From a virus (Duplodnaviria; Caudoviricetes): a stretch of DNA of 64,000 bases. The notes under the pieces were generated by a model that had not been told where the DNA came from, ran no database searches, and worked only from the letters and a program-made list of their open reading frames with translations. Position numbers and translations under genes: made by a program. This document shows positions 48,933 to 58,305 of the stretch, piece after piece (position 1 is the first letter of the stretch; each line of letters opens with the position of its first letter). The stretch is taken from positions 58,304 to 122,303 of IMG/VR virus record IMGVR_UViG_3300032050_000028; one strand, 5' to 3'.

Positions 48933-50453
48933 ATGACAACTTATAGTGTAAATGAATTAACACCAATTACTGAAGCAATTAGTTACAAAATAAGTGGCTC
49001 ACCTTCTTTTTTTGACCAAATTATCAACACCTTAATTGATAATGATGATAAGATGATATCACCACATGAAATAAGAGATGTTATGATATCTCTTTGGGAT
49101 GATGTTATATTCAAACAAACTGTTGCTACTGGTGCTACTGGTTTTACAGATGAATATATTGGAATAGATAATGGAAATCCAAATGAAAAAGATTTAAAAA
49201 GAAAATTTTTATTAGGTAAAAGAGCTTTTTCCGGTACGTATTCATATGTTGATTCACATGATATAATGGGATTTTCTAATAGTGTTTTATTAACATCCGA
49301 TTATGATAGTTTTATTTGGAACACTAAAAACGATAATTTTGAGCAGTTTGAGACTAAAGTGAAAATATTATCAGGTACAAATTTTGATGGTTTTAGTTCA
49401 ATGCCTACAATAGAGACTCAATATGTTTCTGACACAAACTCTTTATCTTTGAATTTTATTAATCCTAACGGTGATATAGACATAAGAAGTTCAAGTGGAA
49501 CTGTTTCAGTGGCTCAGATAACTTTTCCTAGTATTTCAGAAAGTACTGCTTCAGCCTCTACTGGAAATGTTTTAAAAATTAATTCATCTAATAATCAATT
49601 GTATTGGGATGATATAGTTTTTCCTCAATTAAGTACTATAGGTAATACGGGTTCTGAGTTGACAATATTTGGTGATCCAACTTTGATAAATGGATATCCT
49701 TTAGAATTTTCTGATAGTAGATGGAGTCCGTTACAATTTGGAGATATACAATTCGGAGATACATTTTCAAATGTCTCTTTATCTGAGATTCTTAAAAGAA
49801 TGATATATCAATATTTACCGCCTTCTTGTTCTATACAATTGACTGAGCCTTATATGTCTGGTTATGTTGAAGTTGGAACATCACCGATGCCTACTTTAGA
49901 ATATGAGATTAATAAGAAGACTTTAGACTTAAATGTTACTACTCTTACAAATATGATACCTGGTATATATAGTCCAATATCATCAAATGAATATATTAAT
50001 GTATTTTCTTCATCTGAAGGTATTGTTATTTCTCCTATTACTGCATCAACTACTAAATTTACAATAACTGTTAATGATGGTACAAGTGTAGTTTCAGCAT
50101 CAACTTCAATTACAGGTGTTTATCCATACTTTTATGGATTCTCATCTTTAGGTCAGATGACCGTAGCTGGTTTGAATTCATTAACCAAAGTCATTGAACC
50201 AAAAAATAACAAATTGATTGATTTTTCAGGAACAGGCAGTTTGTATTTTATTTATCCTAAAATTTATGGTACATTATCAAATATTTATGATGATATCGGA
50301 AATGATTATTTGTTGTCTGGTACATTTTCTGGGCCATCAACAAAAGTTTTCAACTCACCTTCTGGTTTTTGGTCATCTACTGAATATTATATTTATCAAT
50401 GGGATAATGCTATTGTTGGACCACCTTCGGTTAATTATCAATTCGTGTATTAA
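48933..50453 (+). CDS. putative virion structural protein, paralog of 47332
   Basis: ISPHEIRD, YIGIDNGNP, LLGKR, same domain order. Confidence 0.6.
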   Translation: MTTYSVNELTPITEAISYKISGSPSFFDQIINTLIDNDDKMISPHEIRDVMISLWDDVIFKQTVATGATGFTDEYIGIDNGNPNEKDLKRKFLLGKRAFSGTYSYVDSHDIMGFSNSVLLTSDYDSFIWNTKNDNFEQFETKVKILSGTNFDGFSSMPTIETQYVSDTNSLSLNFINPNGDIDIRSSSGTVSVAQITFPSISESTASASTGNVLKINSSNNQLYWDDIVFPQLSTIGNTGSELTIFGDPTLINGYPLEFSDSRWSPLQFGDIQFGDTFSNVSLSEILKRMIYQYLPPSCSIQLTEPYMSGYVEVGTSPMPTLEYEINKKTLDLNVTTLTNMIPGIYSPISSNEYINVFSSSEGIVISPITASTTKFTITVNDGTSVVSASTSITGVYPYFYGFSSLGQMTVAGLNSLTKVIEPKNNKLIDFSGTGSLYFIYPKIYGTLSNIYDDIGNDYLLSGTFSGPSTKVFNSPSGFWSSTEYYIYQWDNAIVGPPSVNYQFVY

Positions 50454-50471
50454 AAATTTTATATATATGGT

Positions 50472-51863
50472 ATGTCAATTCAAATAGTAGATAATTTTCA
50501 AATAAATGTAGCAAAGCCAGTAGACTCAAGAATAGTAGCTTCTGGTTCAGTAGCTCGTGATAATATACCATATAAGTATGAGGGTTTAAGAGTTTTTGAT
50601 ACTTCGAATGGTGTTTCGTATGTTTGGTATGGTGGTACTTGGTCAGGAGAGAATGCTAGTTCTATTACTGGTAATGGTTCTACTAATTATTTACCAAGAT
50701 ATAACACATCAAACACTTTAGCAAGTTCTGTTATTTTTCAGTCATCAAATAATATAGGTATAGGAACAACTACATTTGGTACACATACTGCAAAACTTCA
50801 AGTAGCTGGTATAGTTAGAACGACAACCGGTGGATTTTATGGAGATGGCAATAATATTACTAACCTTAACGCTTCTCAGATATTAACTGGTAGCATGAAT
50901 GTTAGTAGGTTACAAGTTACTGGTAGTAGTGGATACATGCTTATTAGAAACGCTTCAAGTGCTTATTGGGAGGATCCAGCTTTAATAAAAGTTGGTGCTT
51001 TAAAAACACCAAGAACACTATGGGGTAGATCTTTTGATGGTTCTGCGAATGTCACTGGAAATTTGAGTGATGTTGGGACTATTGCTATGGGTACTAACGG
51101 TGCTTTTAGAGCAACTATTCAATATACAATTGGTAAAAATGTCATATTAAATATTCCTGATGTGGGTACAACGACAAAGACTTTTGCTTTTTTAGAACAA
51201 GCTCAAACATTTACAGGTGCTCAGACAATAAGTAGTTCTTTGACTGTTGGTAGCACTGCTTCTTTTTTAAGTACATTTCAAATTAGTACTTCACTTACGA
51301 CTAGATTTAAAGTAAGTGGTTCTACTATTACATTTGGTCCAGATGCTCTTGGTTCTCCTTATATAAGAACTGGTAACAATACTACATCGACTGTGCCGTC
51401 TTTTACTTGGTGGGGTAATGATCAATTGGGTATTTACAGACCAGCTAATGATGTGATGGGTTTTGTTAGCGCAGGGGTAGAAAAGATGAGAATAAACACA
51501 ACTGGAGTTTCTATAGGTACTTCTGGTAATTCACTTGCAAGGGTTACTGCTGGTACGGTTCAAATAAAACAAGATGGTACAGCTCCTACTATTGTGAGAG
51601 GAAGTGGTTTCACGGCTGTTGCTAATACATCCGGTAACACTCCGGTGATTACGGTGACATTGACTGGTACTGTAGGTTCTGATATGCTTGTAGTTGCATC
51701 TATGGATGGTTCAGTCAATTATTACAAATTTAGGTGTGCTGCTGAAAAAGTTAATAGTAGTTCTTTTAAACTTGTAGTTGCTTATGAAGATGGTACTGGT
51801 GGTGCTTGGCCTGATACCTGGACTGGTTCGGTTAATGTGAGTTTTATTTGTGTTTGTATTTAA
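50472..51863 (+). CDS. tail fibre-like protein
   Basis: NIGIGTT repeat, LKTPRTLWGRSFDGSANVTG fibre repeat, EKMRI, Gly/Thr-rich. Confidence 0.7.
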   Translation: MSIQIVDNFQINVAKPVDSRIVASGSVARDNIPYKYEGLRVFDTSNGVSYVWYGGTWSGENASSITGNGSTNYLPRYNTSNTLASSVIFQSSNNIGIGTTTFGTHTAKLQVAGIVRTTTGGFYGDGNNITNLNASQILTGSMNVSRLQVTGSSGYMLIRNASSAYWEDPALIKVGALKTPRTLWGRSFDGSANVTGNLSDVGTIAMGTNGAFRATIQYTIGKNVILNIPDVGTTTKTFAFLEQAQTFTGAQTISSSLTVGSTASFLSTFQISTSLTTRFKVSGSTITFGPDALGSPYIRTGNNTTSTVPSFTWWGNDQLGIYRPANDVMGFVSAGVEKMRINTTGVSIGTSGNSLARVTAGTVQIKQDGTAPTIVRGSGFTAVANTSGNTPVITVTLTGTVGSDMLVVASMDGSVNYYKFRCAAEKVNSSSFKLVVAYEDGTGGAWPDTWTGSVNVSFICVCI

Positions 51864-52540
51864 TCAAGCTTCACAAACCAATAATTAAAGAAGATGTAAT
51901 TATCACCTATTAGATTGTAATAATCATTTTCGTGTTTTATGATAATCTTACCTTCATGGCTTCTAACCAACTCAATTTCAATTCCTTTTTCCATTCTTAA
52001 TTGTTTTCCAGTGTCAACTGAGTAACAAATAATTTCATCGTTTATGAGTTTATAATTACCAGGTTCTGGTTTTAACCATTGTTTTATTGTTTTTATAATT
52101 AGTCCTGTTGTTTTTATAACCCACTCTTTAGGTTGTAATAAGTCAAAGTCTTTGAAAACTTCAGATTTTAACTTTGGTTCTGTTGTATTTATATTTGATA
52201 TTTTACCCCAATATTCTTCATTATCTATAATAAATGTTATATAAACATCATAATTTATATTATTTACTTTTACAATCCTAAGTATTTTCATACTTTGTAT
52301 ATCTTGGTCTTCTAAAGCTAATTTACTTCTTAAATTTGAATAGGCTGATGTTCCTTTAAGATTATATAGAATATCATCAATTCTAGACATTGCTTGTCTG
52401 ATTTTATCTTGATGTTTATCAAAGGCGTTTATAGATAGTTGTGGATCATCAACTTGTGTTGCTGGTCTGGCTGAATCTGAATTTAATCTTTGAACATTAA
52501 ATTCAGTAAACTCTAGAATTAATCTATTTCTATTTTTCAT
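51860..52540 (-). CDS. hypothetical protein with capsid-targeting-like N-terminus
   Basis: RLILEFTEFN near the start. Confidence 0.7.
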   Translation of the reverse strand: MKNRNRLILEFTEFNVQRLNSDSARPATQVDDPQLSINAFDKHQDKIRQAMSRIDDILYNLKGTSAYSNLRSKLALEDQDIQSMKILRIVKVNNINYDVYITFIIDNEEYWGKISNINTTEPKLKSEVFKDFDLLQPKEWVIKTTGLIIKTIKQWLKPEPGNYKLINDEIICYSVDTGKQLRMEKGIEIELVRSHEGKIIIKHENDYYNLIGDNYIFFNYWFVKLD

Positions 52541-52541
52541 A

Positions 52542-52557
52542 TTAATATATATATTAA
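52542..52557. promoter_or_regulatory. palindromic back-to-back late-type promoter
   Basis: TTAATATATATATTAA between divergent genes 52540(-) and 52580(+). Confidence 0.6.
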
Positions 52558-52579
52558 ATAATTAAAATTACATATTGAT

Positions 52580-52900
52580 ATGAAAATTAGAAGATTTAAT
52601 GAATCAACAGAAGAACTAGACATTACACCTGAAAGAGTCGGTGAATTAATAGAAGAACTTAAAGACAGTCTTTCTTTAATAGAGGATAAGAGTGAAAGTG
52701 TTGATAAATTATTAAGTGAATTAGAAAAATATAAAAATAACTCTAAAAAGGGAAATGACCAAATAGATGATTCATTGGCTGCTCTGCAAATTATTAAAAA
52801 AAATTTAGATGAATCAACTGATAAACTTGATACGGTAATTGGTAATTTAATGGATTACAATGATGAAGGTCGAAAGTATCTTTATACAGAAAACAAATAA
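52580..52900 (+). CDS. coiled-coil protein with capsid-targeting-like N-terminus
   Basis: MKIRRFNE. Confidence 0.7.
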   Translation: MKIRRFNESTEELDITPERVGELIEELKDSLSLIEDKSESVDKLLSELEKYKNNSKKGNDQIDDSLAALQIIKKNLDESTDKLDTVIGNLMDYNDEGRKYLYTENK

Positions 52901-52937
52901 GATTAATTAGATATAATTTCTAAAATTATATTTATTT

Positions 52938-53156
52938 ATGAATGATGTCAACTTGCGTTCATCTGTTGAATTAGTTGGTGAATATACAACACAGATTATT
53001 CACTTTGTAGGTGGTGAAAAAAGAACATTTTCTGATATTGAGTCTTCTTCGATAAAACAAGGTCAATTTACAAAACTAAATATTAAAGATGGTAGAGTTA
53101 TTATGGTAAACGATAAAAATGTTCTTTGTATAGAGGTTTTTCCTCAAAAAAACTAA
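52938..53156 (+). CDS. small hypothetical protein
   Basis: 72 aa; AAAC-N16-ATATAA upstream. Confidence 0.7.
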   Translation: MNDVNLRSSVELVGEYTTQIIHFVGGEKRTFSDIESSSIKQGQFTKLNIKDGRVIMVNDKNVLCIEVFPQKN

Positions 53157-53165
53157 ATTATAAAA

Positions 53166-53981
53166 ATGATTTATGAATCTTTAAAAGACCGATTAGTTAA
53201 TACAATATTGCAATTTAAATCTTGGATTAGGTATACAAAAAAATCATATCACTTCGGAAATGATGAACCCAATACAAAATTGATGAATTGTAGATTTTCT
53301 GATAATTTCAAATTTTTTGATAAAAATAAATGGAGAATTTCACAACCATGGGGTAGATTTCATACTGGAAATCCTACTCAATATTATGGTGATGAGTCGG
53401 TTTATTTAGAGGATGGTAGTTTAACTTTAGACACAAAATATTTACCAAAAAAAGGTTTAACAACTTGGGAAAATGATATTAAGTATGATATAGATTATTC
53501 TGTTGGTTTAATTACAAGTTTAGAATCATTTGGTTATGGATTTTATGAATTCGAAATTACATTACCTAAAGGTGTTGGTCTTTGGCCTGCTGTCTGGTTG
53601 ACTGCTGTTGATACTTGGCCACCTGAAATTGATATTTTAGAGGCATATTCTGACCAATATTCTAATTATGGAAGAAAATTTCAAACTAATTTACACTTTA
53701 ATTTTAATCCTAATAAAAAAAATTCTGGTGCGAGAAATCATAGATTATTAGAACCATATCAAGTATTAAAAGTATCCTGTCATTGGAATGAAAACTTTAT
53801 AAAGATTTTCTATAATGGATATTTAGTTAGACAAGTAACATCTAAAAAAGTATTAAAGTGGTTCAAAAATAAAAAAATGACAATTGTAATTAATAATGCA
53901 CTTAGAAGTGAGTATATAAAGTATATTGATAGAAAAGAAATCACAAAGTTTAAAATATTCAGCGTAAAATATTCGAATTAA
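53166..53981 (+). CDS. glycoside hydrolase family 16
   Basis: FGYGFYE, GLWPAVW, catalytic EIDILE. Confidence 0.88.
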   Translation: MIYESLKDRLVNTILQFKSWIRYTKKSYHFGNDEPNTKLMNCRFSDNFKFFDKNKWRISQPWGRFHTGNPTQYYGDESVYLEDGSLTLDTKYLPKKGLTTWENDIKYDIDYSVGLITSLESFGYGFYEFEITLPKGVGLWPAVWLTAVDTWPPEIDILEAYSDQYSNYGRKFQTNLHFNFNPNKKNSGARNHRLLEPYQVLKVSCHWNENFIKIFYNGYLVRQVTSKKVLKWFKNKKMTIVINNALRSEYIKYIDRKEITKFKIFSVKYSN

Positions 53982-54185
53982 ATGAATTATAAAGTCAAAG
54001 GTATTGTAGTTGATGATAATAATATAAGTTCATATGGAATTGATATAGAATCTGAACTTACTAAAGTTTTATCTGAAGAATTAGCTAAAGGAATTGATAG
54101 AGAAATACTTAAGAGCTTAGGTATTCTTGAAAGACCTATAAGAAGAAAAAATTCTATAAATAGAATATACAAAAATGTTTGTTGA
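53982..54185 (+). CDS. capsid (gp23)-fragment mini-protein A with basic tag
   Basis: YGIDIESELTKVLSEELAKGIDREIL vs recalled gp23 HGMDADAELSGILATEIMLEINREVV; RRKNSINRIY. Confidence 0.7.
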   Translation: MNYKVKGIVVDDNNISSYGIDIESELTKVLSEELAKGIDREILKSLGILERPIRRKNSINRIYKNVC

Positions 54186-54354
54186 TCCAAATCAAATAAA
54201 TCCATATGATAAAATTTTAGGTGGGCCTAAAATGAATGATGATGATTTTAATGGAATAAAATCTACTTGGATTTTACTTCGTTCTGTAATACGTAAACAA
54301 AAAATTGAAAAAATATATGGAACAAAAAGTGAAGATAGGAAAGAAAAGTTCTGA
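54175..54354 (+). CDS. capsid (gp23)-fragment mini-protein B with basic tag (59 aa, not in the ORF track)
   Basis: read by hand: MFVDPNQINPYDKILGGPKMNDDDFNGIKSTWILLRSVIRKQKIEKIYGTKSEDRKEKF; overlaps both neighbours. Confidence 0.55.
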   Translation: MFVDPNQINPYDKILGGPKMNDDDFNGIKSTWILLRSVIRKQKIEKIYGTKSEDRKEKF

Positions 54355-54586
54355 TTTGGAACCTGGTTATGTTTGGGCTCCTTATATTCCAATGACAACA
54401 TCGGCGACTATAGTTGAATACGGTTCTAAGAACATAAGTAGGAAAAGAAAGATTAATAAGATATTTAATTTAGGTTTGAATATTAAAGATAATTGGTTTC
54501 CAAAAAAGTCAATTACTTCAAGATACTCTGCTGTTCAGATAAGCAATCCTTATCAGACTATATTTATAGAAGGTAATATGATATAA
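54317..54586 (+). CDS. capsid (gp23)-fragment mini-protein C with internal basic tag
   Basis: IGKKSSDLEPGYVWAPYIPM...FPKKSITSRY vs recalled gp23 VGYKGPNEMDAGIYYAPYVAL...FQPVMGFKTRY; RKRKINKIF inserted. Confidence 0.7.
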   Translation: MEQKVKIGKKSSDLEPGYVWAPYIPMTTSATIVEYGSKNISRKRKINKIFNLGLNIKDNWFPKKSITSRYSAVQISNPYQTIFIEGNMI

Positions 54587-54615
54587 TAAAACCCAACTTT
54601 TCAGTTGGGTTTTAT
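54586..54615. terminator. bidirectional intrinsic terminator
   Basis: ataaaacccaact-tttc-agttgggttttat. Confidence 0.85.
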
Positions 54616-54617
54616 TT

Positions 54618-55184
54618 TTATTTGTTATATTTTAACTTATAAAGTGTTTTGTAAATTAAAGCGACTGCTTCATCCACGATATTTAATAGATGTGAATCTT
54701 CTGGTTTAATACACTTCTTTTCTGTTTTAACAAAATTAGCTAATTCCTCAAAGTATTCAATTTTATCTTTTGATTGTGTAGATGAAGTATCAATTGTTTC
54801 ATAACCTTCAACAATTCCGTATTGACCCTGGTAAACTTCAATCATTTCATCAATAAATCCTAAAATACCTTCATAGTAATCACCAAGTGCTGTGTGTGCT
54901 GCGTGAGAACCCATTTCACCTTTTACCGTTAAATGATAAATGTGAGCCATTTCTCTACTTTCAAAAAGCTTAGAGAAGAATTTTACAACATCTCCACCTT
55001 CTGAAACCTCAACTTCACCTTCTTTTTGTTCTTCTTGTTTAGGTTCTGGTTGTAATTCTTTTTTACCAGACATAAGAGCTAAAAGTTCTTCTTTAGACAT
55101 ATCTTGATAGTTTTGTGGAAGATTAGCTTCTTCGGCTTCATTAACTCTTTTTACTTTTTTCTGAATTTCTGAAAATCTTTTCAT
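54618..55184 (-). CDS. ferritin-like (DUF5856-type) four-helix protein
   Basis: AHIYHL...HTALGDYYE...DEMIEVYQGQYG...LYKL. Confidence 0.65.
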   Translation of the reverse strand: MKRFSEIQKKVKRVNEAEEANLPQNYQDMSKEELLALMSGKKELQPEPKQEEQKEGEVEVSEGGDVVKFFSKLFESREMAHIYHLTVKGEMGSHAAHTALGDYYEGILGFIDEMIEVYQGQYGIVEGYETIDTSSTQSKDKIEYFEELANFVKTEKKCIKPEDSHLLNIVDEAVALIYKTLYKLKYNK

Positions 55185-55291
55185 ATTTAGTTTTAGTTTT
55201 TTCTGATTTATATATTAAACTTTTAATTCCATTTTTAAGAAAAGTAAATTTTAATTTTAATATATATTCTTATAAAAATAAAACTATAATT

Positions 55292-55678
55292 ATGAGTCAT
55301 ATCAAAAAATACTCAAGATTTGTTGAAGAGTTTGTAATGACAGGAACTGAAACAAAACCGGCTCCTACTACAACTCCGGCGCCAACTACGGTTCCAAGGC
55401 CTCGTCCGAGACCCGGAATAGCCCCTACTGAAACACCTTCTGAAGAAGATGCTCCTTTAGCAACTGGAACTGAAACAAAGCCGGCTCCTACTACAACTCC
55501 GGCTCCTACTACGGTTCCAAGACCTCGTACAAGACCTGGTATTGCACCAACAGAGGTTCCTTCTGAAGAAGATGCTCCTTTAGCACTCGCTAAAAAAGTT
55601 ATGGATAGATTAGAGAATGTTTATACAAAGTCATCTAAAACCGAAAGAGATGAGATTGATTCTCATTTTGAAAAATAA
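55292..55678 (+). CDS. Pro/Thr-rich protein with capsid-targeting-like N-terminus
   Basis: MSHIKKYSRFVEE followed by a 41-aa duplication. Confidence 0.75.
   Translation: MSHIKKYSRFVEEFVMTGTETKPAPTTTPAPTTVPRPRPRPGIAPTETPSEEDAPLATGTETKPAPTTTPAPTTVPRPRTRPGIAPTEVPSEEDAPLALAKKVMDRLENVYTKSSKTERDEIDSHFEK
55340..55585 (+). repeat. 123-bp in-frame direct duplication
   Basis: ggaactgaaacaaa at 55343 and 55466; TGTETKPAPTTTPAPTTVPRPR... twice. Confidence 0.9.
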
Positions 55679-55686
55679 AATATTTT

Positions 55687-57507
55687 ATGAAATCATTTGA
55701 ACAATTTATAAAAGAAGAAGTTGATTTAAGCGGAAGTAAAGGTGTTCCTTCGGATTTTATGTCAAAGTCTGAAGAACAAGCTAGACGATCTTTAGGTATT
55801 AGAGTAGATGATGAAAGAGGTGAGATGCCTAGAATTTATCCAGACTTTCAGAGAAATCAAATGGAGTCTGAAAGATTACTAAGAAATGGCCAAGATGGAA
55901 GACCTTTAAGTCGTGAAGATTTTGAAAAAAGAGTTGAGAAATTAGAAAAACTTGCAGAAAAAGTAGTAAGAGAAGAGTTTGATGATGTATTAAAATCTGG
56001 TGTTAAACCAGTTGAATTACAAATTAAATTGGTTCCAATTGGTGGTGTTACTGGAGAAATCCCAGATATTAGAGATGTCCCTCAACAAGCCGAACAGCCT
56101 GAAGAAGAACAGCCTGAAGAACAACAGGATGAAGAACAGCCTGAAGAACAACAGGATGAAGAACAGGATCAAGAAGGACAACAAGACGAACAAGACCAGC
56201 AAGAACAACAAGAACCTGGAGAAGAAGTAAAAACTAGTTTATCATCTTCAATTGATAAGAAAAAGTTATTGAATATGATAACTCAAGCCGCTGGTAAATC
56301 AACTAAAGATATTATTAGAGTTTCTGAAACTGTTGAAGAAGAATTAAGTGAGATTTTTGGTGAAAGACAAGGAAAACAAATACTTGATTGTTGGGTCAGA
56401 ATGTCCGATTTAGCTGATAAAATGGATTGGGTTATTCCGATTTCAAAAAAATCACAAATGATGAAAGGAATGCCACAAGGTATGGCCGGTGCTTGTCAAG
56501 TAAAATGGGAAAGTTTTTCTGGTAATTATTATAATTTAGATATTCTTTTAGAAAAAGAAGCAACTAAAATTGTTATTAAAGCAACTGGTGTTGATTTTCC
56601 AATGTTGATACATGAAGCAATTAAAGGTGTATATCTTTTCCTTCAGTCAAGTGCTATTAAAAAGGATAAAGAAACAGCTAAGATTATAAAAAAAGCTACT
56701 TCCTCTTTTGCTGATGAGGCACAGGATTTTAGATATGGACCACCTGCACTTGAAATGTTAATTAAATTTGTTAATAAGTTTCCAGAATCAACTGAGTATA
56801 AGCGTTTAGATACAAAAGTATATGCTATGTTAGCTAAAGATAAAGAAGGTGCTAAACAAGAATTAGAAAAAGCAAAACTTACTGCTAAAGAAGCTAAAGA
56901 AAAATCGACTAAAACAGGAGACATCAATGATGAATATGCAGCTGAAGATGCTGAATTCATAGTTGAATATTTAGAAAAAAGATTTAAGTTTGTTAAAACT
57001 GACGATCAGTTTTTAGAGATTATGAATAGTTTGTTTTCTACTTTTGATTTGGTCGGATTAAATTTTGAGTTAAATGAAGAAAAGTTTAATAATTCAAAAG
57101 CAAAAAATGAGATTTCAAAAATAATAAAATATATTGTTGATGATATTGAAGAAGCTAAAAGAGAAGCTGAGGAGTATAATAAAGCAATGGAGGATTGGAA
57201 AAGAGAACAAAAAGAACGTGAAGAAGAAGAAAAGTGGAGTTCGAAAGAAAAAGAAACTGAAGAAGAGTCTGACATAGATAAATTAGTAAGACAATCCCTC
57301 TATGGACAAAAAGAAGAACCTAAAGAAAAGAAACCATATGATCAAATGACTATGGCTGAGATTCAAATGGAAATAGATGATGCGGTGGCTGATGAAAATT
57401 ATGAATTAGCCAGTGAGTTAACTAAAAAATATCTCAAAGGAGAGGCTAAAAAAGTTTGGGAAACTGAACTTGCTAGAATTAATGAAAGAAACCACACAAG
57501 AAGATAA
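55687..57507 (+). CDS. large acidic putative internal head protein with C-terminal UVR-like helix pair
   Basis: MKSFEQFIKE; EQPEEQQDE repeats; FPMLIHEAIKG; EIDDAVADENYELASEL. Confidence 0.65.
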   Translation: MKSFEQFIKEEVDLSGSKGVPSDFMSKSEEQARRSLGIRVDDERGEMPRIYPDFQRNQMESERLLRNGQDGRPLSREDFEKRVEKLEKLAEKVVREEFDDVLKSGVKPVELQIKLVPIGGVTGEIPDIRDVPQQAEQPEEEQPEEQQDEEQPEEQQDEEQDQEGQQDEQDQQEQQEPGEEVKTSLSSSIDKKKLLNMITQAAGKSTKDIIRVSETVEEELSEIFGERQGKQILDCWVRMSDLADKMDWVIPISKKSQMMKGMPQGMAGACQVKWESFSGNYYNLDILLEKEATKIVIKATGVDFPMLIHEAIKGVYLFLQSSAIKKDKETAKIIKKATSSFADEAQDFRYGPPALEMLIKFVNKFPESTEYKRLDTKVYAMLAKDKEGAKQELEKAKLTAKEAKEKSTKTGDINDEYAAEDAEFIVEYLEKRFKFVKTDDQFLEIMNSLFSTFDLVGLNFELNEEKFNNSKAKNEISKIIKYIVDDIEEAKREAEEYNKAMEDWKREQKEREEEEKWSSKEKETEEESDIDKLVRQSLYGQKEEPKEKKPYDQMTMAEIQMEIDDAVADENYELASELTKKYLKGEAKKVWETELARINERNHTRR

Positions 57508-57535
57508 AAAAAACCCAACATATGTTGGGTTTTTT
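57506..57535. terminator. bidirectional intrinsic terminator
   Basis: aaaaacccaaca-ta-tgttgggttttt. Confidence 0.85.
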
Positions 57536-58241
57536 ATTGTTTTAATATTTGATATATCAAATATGCATCATCTACATCTTCATATGGTTTAGGTGTTGTG
57601 CTTACTGACAAAACATCATCTTTTACTAATTTACAATGATTTGACCAATAGTCATTTAATTTTTTATTTTCAATTATTGCTCTAAACATATCTGGTTTTT
57701 GAAATTTGCCGCCAGAAATTCCTAATAGATTTCTGTATTCTTCAACTATTTTAATTTTTTTTATACCTGTTTCTTTTTTTATTGGTTCATAGCTAAATTT
57801 ACAAGATTCTAATTTTAGTGTTGATGGTGACATAACCCATATGTCTTCTGAAACTTGGTCAAATAATTTTTTCCTTAGTAGTGTAGAAAAAGTTACTAAG
57901 TCAATAAGGTCACCTACTTGTGCTCCAAAATTATATCCTTCAATTCCTATTTTAGTTTCTTTTGATTTGTCTATATTAAACAAAATATCTTCAATAATTT
58001 GATCTGTAATTTTATCATAGTCTTTTAACTTAGTTAATTCTCCTTCGGAATAATCTTCAAATTCCCTATACTCTATGAATTTATATGTAACAAATTCTTC
58101 AGCGGATTTAAACCATTTAGTTATTCCTTTTTTTCCGAAAACTTTTGACTCTCTACAATAGTTATAGATTTTAAAAGTATCGCCTGAGCTAACAACTAAT
58201 GCTGTTGATATAAGTGATGGATCTATTGCGACAATATTCAT
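57534..58241 (-). CDS. RuvC-like Holliday junction resolvase
   Basis: IVAIDPSLISTA, IGIEGY, SPSTLK, DVDDAY. Confidence 0.75.
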   Translation of the reverse strand: MNIVAIDPSLISTALVVSSGDTFKIYNYCRESKVFGKKGITKWFKSAEEFVTYKFIEYREFEDYSEGELTKLKDYDKITDQIIEDILFNIDKSKETKIGIEGYNFGAQVGDLIDLVTFSTLLRKKLFDQVSEDIWVMSPSTLKLESCKFSYEPIKKETGIKKIKIVEEYRNLLGISGGKFQKPDMFRAIIENKKLNDYWSNHCKLVKDDVLSVSTTPKPYEDVDDAYLIYQILKQ

Positions 58242-58305
58242 AGATTTATATAGAAAAATAAAACTTTTTCCTTTTTCAAAATATATTTTTTATAAAATTA
58301 TAAAT

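Noticed and set aside
55340-56220. Direct repeats as a possible CRISPR array
   Set aside because: The repeats are in-frame coding duplications without unique spacers; no cas genes in the window
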